Source: a virus
Lineage: Duplodnaviria > Caudoviricetes
IMG/VR virus record: IMGVR_UViG_3300027708_000015
Direction: 5' to 3' (one strand)
Length of the DNA stretch: 64,000 bases
Shown here: positions 45,801 to 53,707 of the stretch, piece after piece
Layout of the letters: each line of letters starts with the position of its first letter
Position numbering within the stretch: the first letter of the stretch is position 1
Program-made: the position numbers and the translations under genes
Notes under the pieces: generated by a model
Told to the model about the DNA's origin: nothing
Databases searched by the model: none
Seen by the model: only the letters and a program-made list of their open reading frames with translations

Positions 45801-46121
45801 GACCTTGGGTTTATACTGTGTAAATTCCTCATCACTAACACCTTCTGTATTAAAAAAGTGTAAACTGCTACCACTTAGGAATTCTCTGCTGGTCAATAAG
45901 TCAGGTTCCCATAAGTTCTTTCTTGTCTGTTTATGAAATGCTAGATTGATATCGTGCAGTAACTTATTTAAAAGTCCAACCATAAAGGTGCGGTTATGCA
46001 CTTTTAAATCTATCTTGTCAGCATAATGTACTGGTTCGCCTTTCTCAGCATCTCCGATACTTAGGTTACCACCTTCGATAATAATTCGTCTGGGACTGAT
46101 AAACAGCTCGCGTAGTAGCAT
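42804..46121 (-). CDS. Multidomain protein: Pol-beta-type nucleotidyltransferase + ligase-like (KxDG) domain + HxGH cytidylyltransferase-like domain + MRAKEF module
   Basis: KVGDIDTQVD; NVKVDG..CEVL..DYEGIVI..IKV; AVGSFVGHKGHEQL..VIAVGKDR..ISFSNLR. Confidence 0.65.
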   Translation of the reverse strand: MLLRELFISPRRIIIEGGNLSIGDAEKGEPVHYADKIDLKVHNRTFMVGLLNKLLHDINLAFHKQTRKNLWEPDLLTSREFLSGSSLHFFNTEGVSDEEFTQYKPKVGDIDTQVDRDLEPQVRDFLTSHTNKQIGDTVFLGFGSGNEQYNGLFQFSNPPIKIQIDFEFGEYQDGKPTDWFRFSHSSEWSDLTAGIKGVFHKYLYRALAGAIKIHAQVQTGTGRGKNKVDVVAPDWVQKYSFGVSGKQGGGLSEPYGPVNDEKTGEQRHLPHPDNSKEELPVVKPVEVKDRPYDQNLQSQFAKLFGHEPTPEDSKLQWTFLGTVDLVGKYLTERQKQETMQRFFEICFEPGSQMIERDDPKADGDIKFAAIDQMLEKLKLTNLRPMAVEMAREYEGDYLDLENFKRQYKPRPDQAGKKIQYGRERKIAVANGTWPDWHGGQQLNEAEVQAQLRKGMPHLRDLKPMDLLDLLDEIHDGNGNFKLQNIPLNVKVDGFGGRFGKNSDGKPFMGTSRTPPRYEATFLKYHQEKGTQDTDILGRAKMFDDLFNEMMKAVELVDSKLGQDFLVNKQVTCEVLFLPFATETPEGKLRFVGIEYDRLPDGIQLALVPFHVSDASTGEALPDSNQVVKKLTGLGQQGSVMFINNSLTQSQALDVTAIVPPMENIEQIKAMLSSGKLALKREAKEILQPIALELEKAIINDPNILGKDLLGQDYEGIVINSRLGPIKVTSAEQRAVIAGKNAAKASARTERPRGNVKTAVVAVGSFVGHKGHEQLWNHTVTLAKSLGGDPYLFIGNAEGKDDPIPPAVKVQTWHKLYPEYANNIGTVIQGGALIQKIKHELINPLPGKSPRYDNIVIAVGKDRAKMATNMAAALMKAVNKFQGYEHVKVTPYITERDEAAGGTGISFSNLRNALKSGTPEQQYQIWKHGFDEAKLGKEWIEHLMNLTRQGMGLHDKQEQPPADPLNIKEANSWIRKMRAKEFLAELSTKPTDNRHDHAVDAGQGGGVLMRDVGGYDRTYHLNRIMMAAAMADGKSKKAVDMPASSFVEKYNVAFPYTDEEQMMMYQALATIPSDAGELDKRGKSQEPKDTNKTSPVNKPKRNRYGV

Positions 46122-46123
46122 GT

Positions 46124-46498
46124 TTAGTCCTTGTACTTGCCTTCGGCGTGGTGTTGATCGTGCTCGTCGTATAACAGTTCACATACTTGCTTAACAGTAT
46201 CTTCGTCCAGTTCGTCTGGTAATTCACGGATAGGAAATTTTCTGACATACACTCTGTATGCATCTTTTACTGCTTCGCTGAAAATTGCAGGTTTAGGATG
46301 ACCTTTGCCTTCCTTCATATCGAGGAATTTAGCCAGGGCCGGATATGTGTAACGACGATAGCAATGATCATCGTGGTCCATGTAATGTGCTATGTCTTCG
46401 GCTAGATCGTAATCGATAACTCGTTGTCCATCGTCTTCGTGTTTTACGAAGTCTGTATCTTTGAAGAAATTACCTTCTAATAGTTCTCTTAAGCGCAT
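46124..46498 (-). CDS. Acidic small protein with MRLRELLE N-terminal motif
   Basis: 124 aa; first gene after the late promoter at 46545. Confidence 0.55.
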   Translation of the reverse strand: MRLRELLEGNFFKDTDFVKHEDDGQRVIDYDLAEDIAHYMDHDDHCYRRYTYPALAKFLDMKEGKGHPKPAIFSEAVKDAYRVYVRKFPIRELPDELDEDTVKQVCELLYDEHDQHHAEGKYKD

Positions 46499-46544
46499 TT
46501 TTAAGCCCGTTTAAATAAATCAGCAGAAGACTCTGCAGTTAGAG

Positions 46545-46552
46545 TATTTATC
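46545..46552 (-). promoter_or_regulatory. T4-like late promoter (GATAAATA) heading the 35-46.5 kb block
   Basis: Recurrent motif. Confidence 0.6.
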
Positions 46553-46555
46553 GCT

Positions 46556-47164
46556 TTAGCTTTTAACAATGCGTTCTATTTTGGAGATACTTTCGCCTAG
46601 ATGCATCTTGACTATCAAAAGATTGTTATCACCTGTGACATAGCAGTGTGTGCCACCCCAACTGCGCTGTTTTCCTAGATCTCTTATACAGCTTTTGGTC
46701 AGTTTGCACTTGGGACTAGTTTCAGCCCACTCAACAAACGCAGGGTTAGGATGCAGTGTTCGCCCAAGTGTGATACGATAATCGTAATCCATCTTGGGCA
46801 TAACAATGGTATTTTCTGCTAGGGTAGTATTTGCAGATGGCTGACTTATATACTTGACTTTGCTTTTATCCAGCTTGATCAGTTTATCTATCTGTTTGCG
46901 ATCATTGGTGTAGACCGTGATCCAAGGTGCTTCTACTCTGATATCAATATCTGGTATCTTTTGCAAAGTTGATGCTAACAGTAGGGCGTAGTCTAAATCT
47001 TCTTGATCTCTTACTGTGTTTACACCACCATTGGAACTGATAGATAATTTAGATATCTTTTCAAAAAAATCTCCGCTACGAAACCAGCTGGCGCCAGCAA
47101 TGGCCAACACTATCTTGTATTGGTACTTGCTTTTGAATAGTTTTGTAGTTGTTTTAACCTGCAT
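46556..47164 (-). CDS. Hypothetical protein (likely start MQVKTT)
   Basis: ORF track 46556..47176; overlaps the clpA end. Confidence 0.55.
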   Translation of the reverse strand: MQVKTTTKLFKSKYQYKIVLAIAGASWFRSGDFFEKISKLSISSNGGVNTVRDQEDLDYALLLASTLQKIPDIDIRVEAPWITVYTNDRKQIDKLIKLDKSKVKYISQPSANTTLAENTIVMPKMDYDYRITLGRTLHPNPAFVEWAETSPKCKLTKSCIRDLGKQRSWGGTHCYVTGDNNLLIVKMHLGESISKIERIVKS

Positions 47165-49439
47165 CTGGTATCTCAACCAACGAAGCGGCAGAATCCACAG
47201 TCAGCAAAGGAACATTTTTAGATTCTTTTCCTTTGCTCACTATTACCAACTGATCTGCATTTCTGCTGATAGTGGCCCAACCACCATTCTTTAAATCACC
47301 AAACAGCATGAGTTTGGCCAACGGACGTTTGATTTCTTTGTCAATAACACGTTGTAGAGGACGAGCACCCATCTTAGGGTCAAACCCTTTCTCAATAAGA
47401 TACTCTATAGCATCTTTGTTGATCTTGATACGAATAGCTTTGTCCTTGACCTGCTCACGTAGTTCATCCATAAACTTGCCCACAATCTTGACCATGGTAT
47501 CTTTGCTGAGCTTGCTAAATGTAACAACCCCATCTAAACGATTGCGGAACTCTGGAGTAAAGAACTTTTTCAAATCTTTATCGCTATAGTCCTTTTCTTG
47601 ACCACCAAAGCCGATTGCATTCTTTTCAGCATCGGCAGCACCGGCATTGGTTGTTAGAATTAGGATCAAGTTGCGACAGTCGGCTCGTTTGCCATTGCTA
47701 CCGGTTATAGAGCCATTATCCATCAGCTGTAGTAACACAGTCATTACATCTGGATGAGCCTTTTCAACTTCGTCTAGAAGCAAAACAGCATTTGGGGCTT
47801 CTTGGATCTGTGTAATCAGTTGTCCAGCATCTTCTTCAAACCCAACATAGCCCGGTGGACTACCAATCAGCTTACTGATACTGTGTTTCTCTTGATACTC
47901 ACTCATATCAAAACGTAGCAGTTTTACACCTAGATTCTTGGCCAACTGTTTGGCAGTTTCAGTTTTGCCAGTACCCGTTGGACCCATGAATACAAATGAT
48001 CCGATCGGTTTGTTTTCTGATTTAAGTCCTGCTTGTGCCACCATGATCTTATCTACAACTTCTGTTATAGCTAAGTCTTGACCATACACCACCTGTTCAA
48101 GATTTTCTTGTAGGTTACTGAGATTTGCACTTTCAGTCTCCATGATCTTTTCTTCGGGCATGTTAATCATCTTGGCCAGCTCATACTGTACTTCACGTTC
48201 AGTGATGATTCGCTCATCTGCAAGTTTGAGATTGAAACGACTACATGCTAGGTCGATCAGATCGATTGCCTTGTCAGGTAGTTTCTTATCTGTCTGATAC
48301 TTGACCGACAGTTTGATAGCCGCTTGTAATGCATCATCACGGATTTTGGTATTATGAAATCCTTCGTAGTATTTCTTAATACCTTTAAGGATCTGCAGAG
48401 TCACTTCAATTGTGGGTTCGTCAACAGTGATACGTTGGAAACGACGCATCAGCGCACGATCCTTTTCAAAGTGCTTGCGATATTCTTCCCAGGTAGTCGA
48501 TGCTACAACTTTGATGTTGCCTTTGCTTAGAGCCGGTTTCATCATGTTAGCGAGATCGTTAGCTGAGTTGCTAGCAGATCCTGCGCCACTGATCATGTGT
48601 GCCTCGTCGATGAACAGCACAGTCTTACCTTTCTTTTGCAGTGCTTTGATAACTTGTTTGAAACGTTCTTCAAAGTCACCGCGATACTTACTACCGGCCA
48701 ACATGGCACTGATATCTAAACTATAGACTTTATATTCTTTCAAAAACTCCGGAACTGAACCGTTTACAATATTAAAGGCAAGTCCTTCTGCAATAGCAGT
48801 CTTACCAACACCTGGATCTCCTACGAGAATCACATTGTTTTTATTGCGACGACCCAGTGCTAGGGCAATATTTTCTAGTTCATCAATACGACCAATTACT
48901 GGATCAATCTTCTTTTTAACTACTAGATCATTTAGGTTGCTTGTAAATTGATTTAAAGCTCGATCGCTATTCATGTCGGCGCCGCCTGTTTCTTCTTCAG
49001 CGTCTTCAGTGCTGTTGTTAATGTAATCAGCAAATTTATCTTTGTCAATATTTGCCTGTTGGATATAAAACACAGCCCAGCTACGCTTCTCGCCCATCAT
49101 AGCAAGGAATACATCTGTTGGTTCAATACGTTGCCGTCCATTGAACAACACTTGAGTGAATGCACGATTAAGTACACGCTCTACACTTTGTGTCTTTTTG
49201 GGTTTGACTACCACATCCGGAACAGTAATTTCACCGCATTTGTTTTGCAAGTAGTCTGTTAAACTATTCTTAAGCAAACTGGGATCACTGCCGTATCCTT
49301 GTATAGAACTAGTAAAAGTTTCATCAGACAACATAGCCGCCAGCAAGTGTTCTATTGTTAGATATTCATGATGCAGTTTTTTAGCAGTTTCGATAGCCTG
49401 TTCAAAAACTGCTTGTAAGTTGTCGCTGGGTTCAACCAT
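47154..49439 (-). CDS. clpA: ATP-dependent Clp protease ATP-binding subunit ClpA
   Basis: Clp N domain, two AAA modules (GDPGVGKT, LFIDEAH; GPTGTGKT, LLDEVEK), IGF loop (NAIGFGG), MGARPL. Confidence 0.92.
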   Translation of the reverse strand: MVEPSDNLQAVFEQAIETAKKLHHEYLTIEHLLAAMLSDETFTSSIQGYGSDPSLLKNSLTDYLQNKCGEITVPDVVVKPKKTQSVERVLNRAFTQVLFNGRQRIEPTDVFLAMMGEKRSWAVFYIQQANIDKDKFADYINNSTEDAEEETGGADMNSDRALNQFTSNLNDLVVKKKIDPVIGRIDELENIALALGRRNKNNVILVGDPGVGKTAIAEGLAFNIVNGSVPEFLKEYKVYSLDISAMLAGSKYRGDFEERFKQVIKALQKKGKTVLFIDEAHMISGAGSASNSANDLANMMKPALSKGNIKVVASTTWEEYRKHFEKDRALMRRFQRITVDEPTIEVTLQILKGIKKYYEGFHNTKIRDDALQAAIKLSVKYQTDKKLPDKAIDLIDLACSRFNLKLADERIITEREVQYELAKMINMPEEKIMETESANLSNLQENLEQVVYGQDLAITEVVDKIMVAQAGLKSENKPIGSFVFMGPTGTGKTETAKQLAKNLGVKLLRFDMSEYQEKHSISKLIGSPPGYVGFEEDAGQLITQIQEAPNAVLLLDEVEKAHPDVMTVLLQLMDNGSITGSNGKRADCRNLILILTTNAGAADAEKNAIGFGGQEKDYSDKDLKKFFTPEFRNRLDGVVTFSKLSKDTMVKIVGKFMDELREQVKDKAIRIKINKDAIEYLIEKGFDPKMGARPLQRVIDKEIKRPLAKLMLFGDLKNGGWATISRNADQLVIVSKGKESKNVPLLTVDSAASLVEIPDAG

Positions 49440-49920
49440 TTAATTTCCTTTGCTTTTTACGTGCCATACTTAGTTTTAAATCACTTACATATTCTGTAAA
49501 TGTAATTCCGTCTAAATGATCCAACTCATGCTGGAAACACCTACTATCAATGCCTTCAAGTTCTATTATACACTGTTTTCCAGTGCTGTCAAGATAGCTG
49601 GCGGTAATTTTGTTGTGGCGAGGAACTTTGAGCCATAGATTGGGAAAACTTAAACAACCTTCATTGCCTTCTATTTTATCGTTATCACCAAACATGATCC
49701 ATGGATTAAAGCAGCCAAACTCACGTCCGTCAGTGGTACGCATAACAAACACTCTGCGTAGCAAACCAACTTGATTTCCGGCAAGCCCTATACCACCAGA
49801 GGCTTTCATAACTTCTAGCATGTCACGTTCTACAACTGCGGCATCAACATGTTTAACAAAGTCCCAATGTTCTGCCTTTTGTTTTAAAATTGGATCAGGC
49901 TCTTTTACTAAGTTCAGCAT
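49432..49920 (-). CDS. def: Peptide deformylase
   Basis: GIGLAGNQVG, EGCLS and HELDH motifs. Confidence 0.95.
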   Translation of the reverse strand: MLNLVKEPDPILKQKAEHWDFVKHVDAAVVERDMLEVMKASGGIGLAGNQVGLLRRVFVMRTTDGREFGCFNPWIMFGDNDKIEGNEGCLSFPNLWLKVPRHNKITASYLDSTGKQCIIELEGIDSRCFQHELDHLDGITFTEYVSDLKLSMARKKQRKLNG

Positions 49921-50758
49921 CTAGAGTTCTCAACCGTTCTATTAAATTTGGATTAGTTACTGCGGGAGTCTTAATTTTGATTATGCTTACAAATCTGCCC
50001 TTGTACCCAGTGTTCACATTGGGAAATCCTGAACCGTTGCTGGCAAATTCTGTACCATGCTCTACCCCAGCTCGTATATCTAGATCCAACTGCTGTCCTG
50101 TTAAACTTGTTATTTTTTTCTTTACACCGATCATAGCTTCTATAGCACTGATCTCAACGTATTGATATAAGTCGTCACCTCTGCGTTCGTAGTTAGGGTC
50201 AGGCAGTACTAGGATAGTAACATTTAAATTACCTCTTGGAACTCCGGGCATACCGTCATCTCCAAGACCAGGATAGCGTATAGTGTCACCATGGCTAACA
50301 CCAGCTGGTACATTGATAACCACGTTCTGATTGCGACCACTTGGCAGTCTATAATTGGCTTCTAGTTGTTTACCGTGATAGCTATCGACAAAACTTACAG
50401 AACATTGAATATTTAAATCTCTATTTCTACGTATCTGCTGTCTATGCATCTGTCCAAAAATATCACCAAATGGATGCCCGCCACCGAACATACCTCCAAA
50501 TGGATCAGCACCGGGTTGGAATGGATTTCCAGTATTAAAATGGAATTGTGTTCCGTTACCAAATTGTCGTTGCTGGTCATATTCAGCTCGCTTTTGCGGA
50601 TCACTTAGTATATCGTTAGCAACACTGATATCTTTGAACTTGGCTTGATCACCGCCTTTGTCCGGATGATGTTTATTAGCCAAGCTTCTATACGCTTTCT
50701 TTATTTCTTCAGGGCTAGCCGATTCGCTAACACCTAGTGTTTGGTAATAATCAGTCAT
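49895..50758 (-). CDS. dnaJ: DnaJ/CbpA-class J-domain co-chaperone (no Zn finger)
   Basis: DYYQTLGV..HHPDKGG J domain, G/F-rich region, C-terminal PGLGD..GNL..RRGDDL. Confidence 0.9.
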   Translation of the reverse strand: MTDYYQTLGVSESASPEEIKKAYRSLANKHHPDKGGDQAKFKDISVANDILSDPQKRAEYDQQRQFGNGTQFHFNTGNPFQPGADPFGGMFGGGHPFGDIFGQMHRQQIRRNRDLNIQCSVSFVDSYHGKQLEANYRLPSGRNQNVVINVPAGVSHGDTIRYPGLGDDGMPGVPRGNLNVTILVLPDPNYERRGDDLYQYVEISAIEAMIGVKKKITSLTGQQLDLDIRAGVEHGTEFASNGSGFPNVNTGYKGRFVSIIKIKTPAVTNPNLIERLRTLDAELSKRA

Positions 50759-50770
50759 AGTCGTAAAAAA

Positions 50771-50817
50771 GCTCCATTAATAATAGTAATTATACTATCT
50801 TTAATGGAGCCTGTCAA
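50771..50817 (-). promoter_or_regulatory. Consensus sigma70 promoter TTGACA-17-TATAAT (50789-50817) embedded in a long imperfect inverted repeat followed by T6
   Basis: Minus strand GCTCCATTAA-AG-ATAGTA-TAAT-TACTAT-TA-TTAATGGAGC-TTTTTT. Confidence 0.75.
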
Positions 50818-50830
50818 GTTTTTGAATTAC

Positions 50831-51031
50831 TTACTTTTTCTTTTTTGGTGCCACTGTGTCTGGTTTTGTACCCGCAACTTTAGTGCCATCTGCTTTTTTA
50901 TGTTTTTTGACTTCTTTTTTAGCTGGCGCTTTCTTTTCAGCTACTGGTTTCTTAGGAGTTTCGGCATGTGCTAACTGAACACACACAATACTCCAAATCA
51001 CAATGTTTAATGCAATTAAAAACTTTTTCAT
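50831..51031 (-). CDS. Secreted Lys-rich peptide (signal peptide ending AHA)
   Basis: MKKFLIALNIVIWSIVCVQLAHA followed by a K/A/P-rich tail; directly after the holin. Confidence 0.6.
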   Translation of the reverse strand: MKKFLIALNIVIWSIVCVQLAHAETPKKPVAEKKAPAKKEVKKHKKADGTKVAGTKPDTVAPKKKK

Positions 51032-51041
51032 AATATTTTCC

Positions 51042-51599
51042 TTATAGTGCTGGTTGATCAAAAGTTGGAATAACTTTTTTACCACTTGTGCTTACTGCTG
51101 GGGTTGCCACTGGAGTTGTACCCCAGCTTGGTGCTGGTGTAAAACTTGTTGTTGAAGCTGGGGTACCAAAGCCACTTGCTGGTGCGCCGAATCCTGCTGA
51201 AGGTACGCTAGGTGCTGTAGACCCGCTTGATGGTACATTGGTTGTTGCATTTCCAAATCCTCCGATTATAGGTGTTGGTGGAGTGTATGAAGTTCCAACT
51301 GCGCCACCATTGTTGGCCCCTGCTAATTTTTCTTGTGTGCGACCGTATGCCGCAAGTCCTAGTACAGCACCCATACTGATATGGAATAAACCTGCACCTT
51401 GTAGTGTCAGTGGTTGCCATTGTACATTGACGCCACCGTGAAACAATGCTTGTATCAAAGACCATAATACAGGTGCGATAACAAAGTCAAATATACATAC
51501 ACCCATGTACATCCAACCCATCATCGGACGCCACTTGGAGTTCATCCAATCTTCTTTTTTCTTTTCACTTGCGCTCATTTCTACTGTTTCTTCTGACAT
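51042..51599 (-). CDS. Holin (GTA 3TM-holin-like) with long S/T/P/G tail
   Basis: KWRPMMGW..FDFVIAP..LTLQGAGLFH..GAVLG..GRTQEK. Confidence 0.75.
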   Translation of the reverse strand: MSEETVEMSASEKKKEDWMNSKWRPMMGWMYMGVCIFDFVIAPVLWSLIQALFHGGVNVQWQPLTLQGAGLFHISMGAVLGLAAYGRTQEKLAGANNGGAVGTSYTPPTPIIGGFGNATTNVPSSGSTAPSVPSAGFGAPASGFGTPASTTSFTPAPSWGTTPVATPAVSTSGKKVIPTFDQPAL

Positions 51600-51629
51600 A
51601 GTTTTCGCTCCTTTGTCGTTGTTACGTAT

Positions 51630-51893
51630 TTATTTTATGCTGTTGAATATCTTCTTCTGATGAGTATACCAATCAATCCAAGTGTCTACTTTGATCTGAC
51701 ACTCTTGATATTGCCCGTAGTTGCCAGCTACAACACCAATAACTTCGCTTAATTTGGTAGTAGCAGGGTCTACAAGTTTTAAATCGGGACATGCAACTAA
51801 CAGCTCTGCAGGAACTTCGGGAAAAGTTTCTGCAACTGGTGTAGTCAAACATCCGGCTAGTAATAAAGGTAATAATAAAATCGCTATTCTCAT
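51630..51893 (-). CDS. Outer-membrane spanin lipoprotein (Rz1-like)
   Basis: Lipobox LLAGC; P..PAELL..CP pattern; directly after the i-spanin. Confidence 0.75.
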   Translation of the reverse strand: MRIAILLLPLLLAGCLTTPVAETFPEVPAELLVACPDLKLVDPATTKLSEVIGVVAGNYGQYQECQIKVDTWIDWYTHQKKIFNSIK

Positions 51894-52342
51894 TTTTTAC
51901 CCTTTGGCATAGCTGCCGCGTTTAAATCTAAAATAACTTCTGGAGCCAGTTTACATTCTGCATCAATTACTGTGCTGTCTTTAACAATACGGTCTTGTAT
52001 TTGCACTTGTAGTTCTTTGACAGTTTTTACACGATCAATATATTCTTTTTGTATTACTACGTTTACTTCTTTACTTTTAGCTTCTGCGGCTTGGATGCGA
52101 GCATTGGCTTCCTTTATCTGCGCTTGCCATATACTAGTGACACCGTCACCTCCGCACATGAATGTGCCACCTAGGCAAATAACTATGAAAGCAATCTTAA
52201 CTGGTTCTTTATAAGGCATCAAAAATGGTATCATGGTAATGATGCCAGAAAAGAAGTAGCCTATCCCACCGGTACAGGCAATGGCCAACCAAACCCAAAA
52301 AGGTACTATCCCGATGATGTTGGCAATTAACCAGCTGAACAT
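51890..52342 (-). CDS. Inner-membrane spanin (Rz-like)
   Basis: N-terminal TM segments, coiled coil, C-terminal Cys; between endolysin and o-spanin. Confidence 0.7.
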   Translation of the reverse strand: MFSWLIANIIGIVPFWVWLAIACTGGIGYFFSGIITMIPFLMPYKEPVKIAFIVICLGGTFMCGGDGVTSIWQAQIKEANARIQAAEAKSKEVNVVIQKEYIDRVKTVKELQVQIQDRIVKDSTVIDAECKLAPEVILDLNAAAMPKGKK

Positions 52343-52343
52343 G

Positions 52344-52973
52344 TTAACCTTGTAATACCTGTAGTGCGTGAGTGTAATGCTTTTGACGATCTTCTAAACC
52401 AAGTGTACCACCGTTGATACGTTTGGTCATGGTCAGGATGTCGCCTGTGTCAGCATACTGATTCAAATTGTTGCTTTCCCAGAACCAGCAGGCACTTTGT
52501 ACAGCTCCCTCAAATGTTCCCAAGAACTCTGGAATTTGATCTAATGGAGTGTCGATACTTTCAGCAAATTTGGTGTAGTTTTGTTTACCAGTCAACTGTA
52601 TTAGGCCACGACCGCAATAACGAAATCCGTCACCTGACTCTTCTGGGCCATTGCCCATACGTCCGCCGTAAGCACGGTTGGCAATCTTTTCTGGATTATG
52701 TGCATATTGGTTAGCAATATCCATGTTGGGAAAATAATGCGGCCATACTTTACACAAACTTTCTGCTTTGTAATTTAAATTTTCTACCAGTGCTCTGTAC
52801 CCGCCGCTTTCGTGCATGGTTTGCGCTAGGAATGCCGCCACACGTTCCGGTGTGTTGATATCGTAGTCAGGCAACACTTTGCACAATGCTTCGTGCCAAT
52901 GCTCGCTGTATTGATTATTTTCTAATATTGCTGTGCATTTTTCTTGTGAAAAATCAAATGTAAAATCTGTCAT
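52344..52973 (-). CDS. GH19 chitinase-like endolysin
   Basis: AAFLAQTMHESGG..ENLNY..ANRAYG.RMGNG..GDG.RYCGRGLIQLTGKQNY; TKRINGG. Confidence 0.9.
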   Translation of the reverse strand: MTDFTFDFSQEKCTAILENNQYSEHWHEALCKVLPDYDINTPERVAAFLAQTMHESGGYRALVENLNYKAESLCKVWPHYFPNMDIANQYAHNPEKIANRAYGGRMGNGPEESGDGFRYCGRGLIQLTGKQNYTKFAESIDTPLDQIPEFLGTFEGAVQSACWFWESNNLNQYADTGDILTMTKRINGGTLGLEDRQKHYTHALQVLQG

Positions 52974-53707
52974 TACTGTTTCCTTTTTAGTGACACGGCC
53001 CAGCCGTTGTTTTCAAATATAAATGTATCACCGATCTTGTTGATATTATAGTTTCCGATGACTTTGGTCAAGAACATTACCTCTGCCATATCTTTGTTTG
53101 CCATCATGATAGGACCTTTGACAGATTCATGGATTATTTCTTTACTGCCACTATTTATGATATCAAATGTTACACTACCGCTAAATTTTCGTTGGAAGCA
53201 AATACTTTCGTCAAGCACTGTCATTTTATCTGCATAGCTACGTTTGAAGAACTCACTAAAGTTATTTAATTTGTTTTCTTCAGTAGCAACATTGTATGAA
53301 TTCTTATCCTTGGGAACTATACTAGTCAAATTTTCTTCAGTGGCTTCCTGGCTTTTAAAACTCTTAAAATAACGAAAACGCATTTCGTCATAGCCTGTTA
53401 TTTTTTTAATACCTTCTATGATTTCAAAGATTTGTCTACCAATGTGCCTACTTCGTTCTATTTCAACATAGACTCTGTAATTACCATCATCAAGCTCGCC
53501 AGGAGTACAGTCTGCATCTAGTACAAAATTGTAACCCATCTCAATAAAGTTCTCTAGGTCTTTAGCAGGGTCCTGTTCATCTACGGTGAAACTTAGTACA
53601 CAGATATCCTCATCATTACCGATATTGCTTCTGAAACTGTCTATCTCGAATACTTTTTTAACGAGATTTTTTAGATCGCCGGCTTTTAGACTTTCGGTTA
53701 GCTTCAT
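52973..53707 (-). CDS. Hypothetical protein (MKLTES N-terminus)
   Basis: 244 aa ORF, coupled to neighbours. Confidence 0.55.
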   Translation of the reverse strand: MKLTESLKAGDLKNLVKKVFEIDSFRSNIGNDEDICVLSFTVDEQDPAKDLENFIEMGYNFVLDADCTPGELDDGNYRVYVEIERSRHIGRQIFEIIEGIKKITGYDEMRFRYFKSFKSQEATEENLTSIVPKDKNSYNVATEENKLNNFSEFFKRSYADKMTVLDESICFQRKFSGSVTFDIINSGSKEIIHESVKGPIMMANKDMAEVMFLTKVIGNYNINKIGDTFIFENNGWAVSLKRKQ

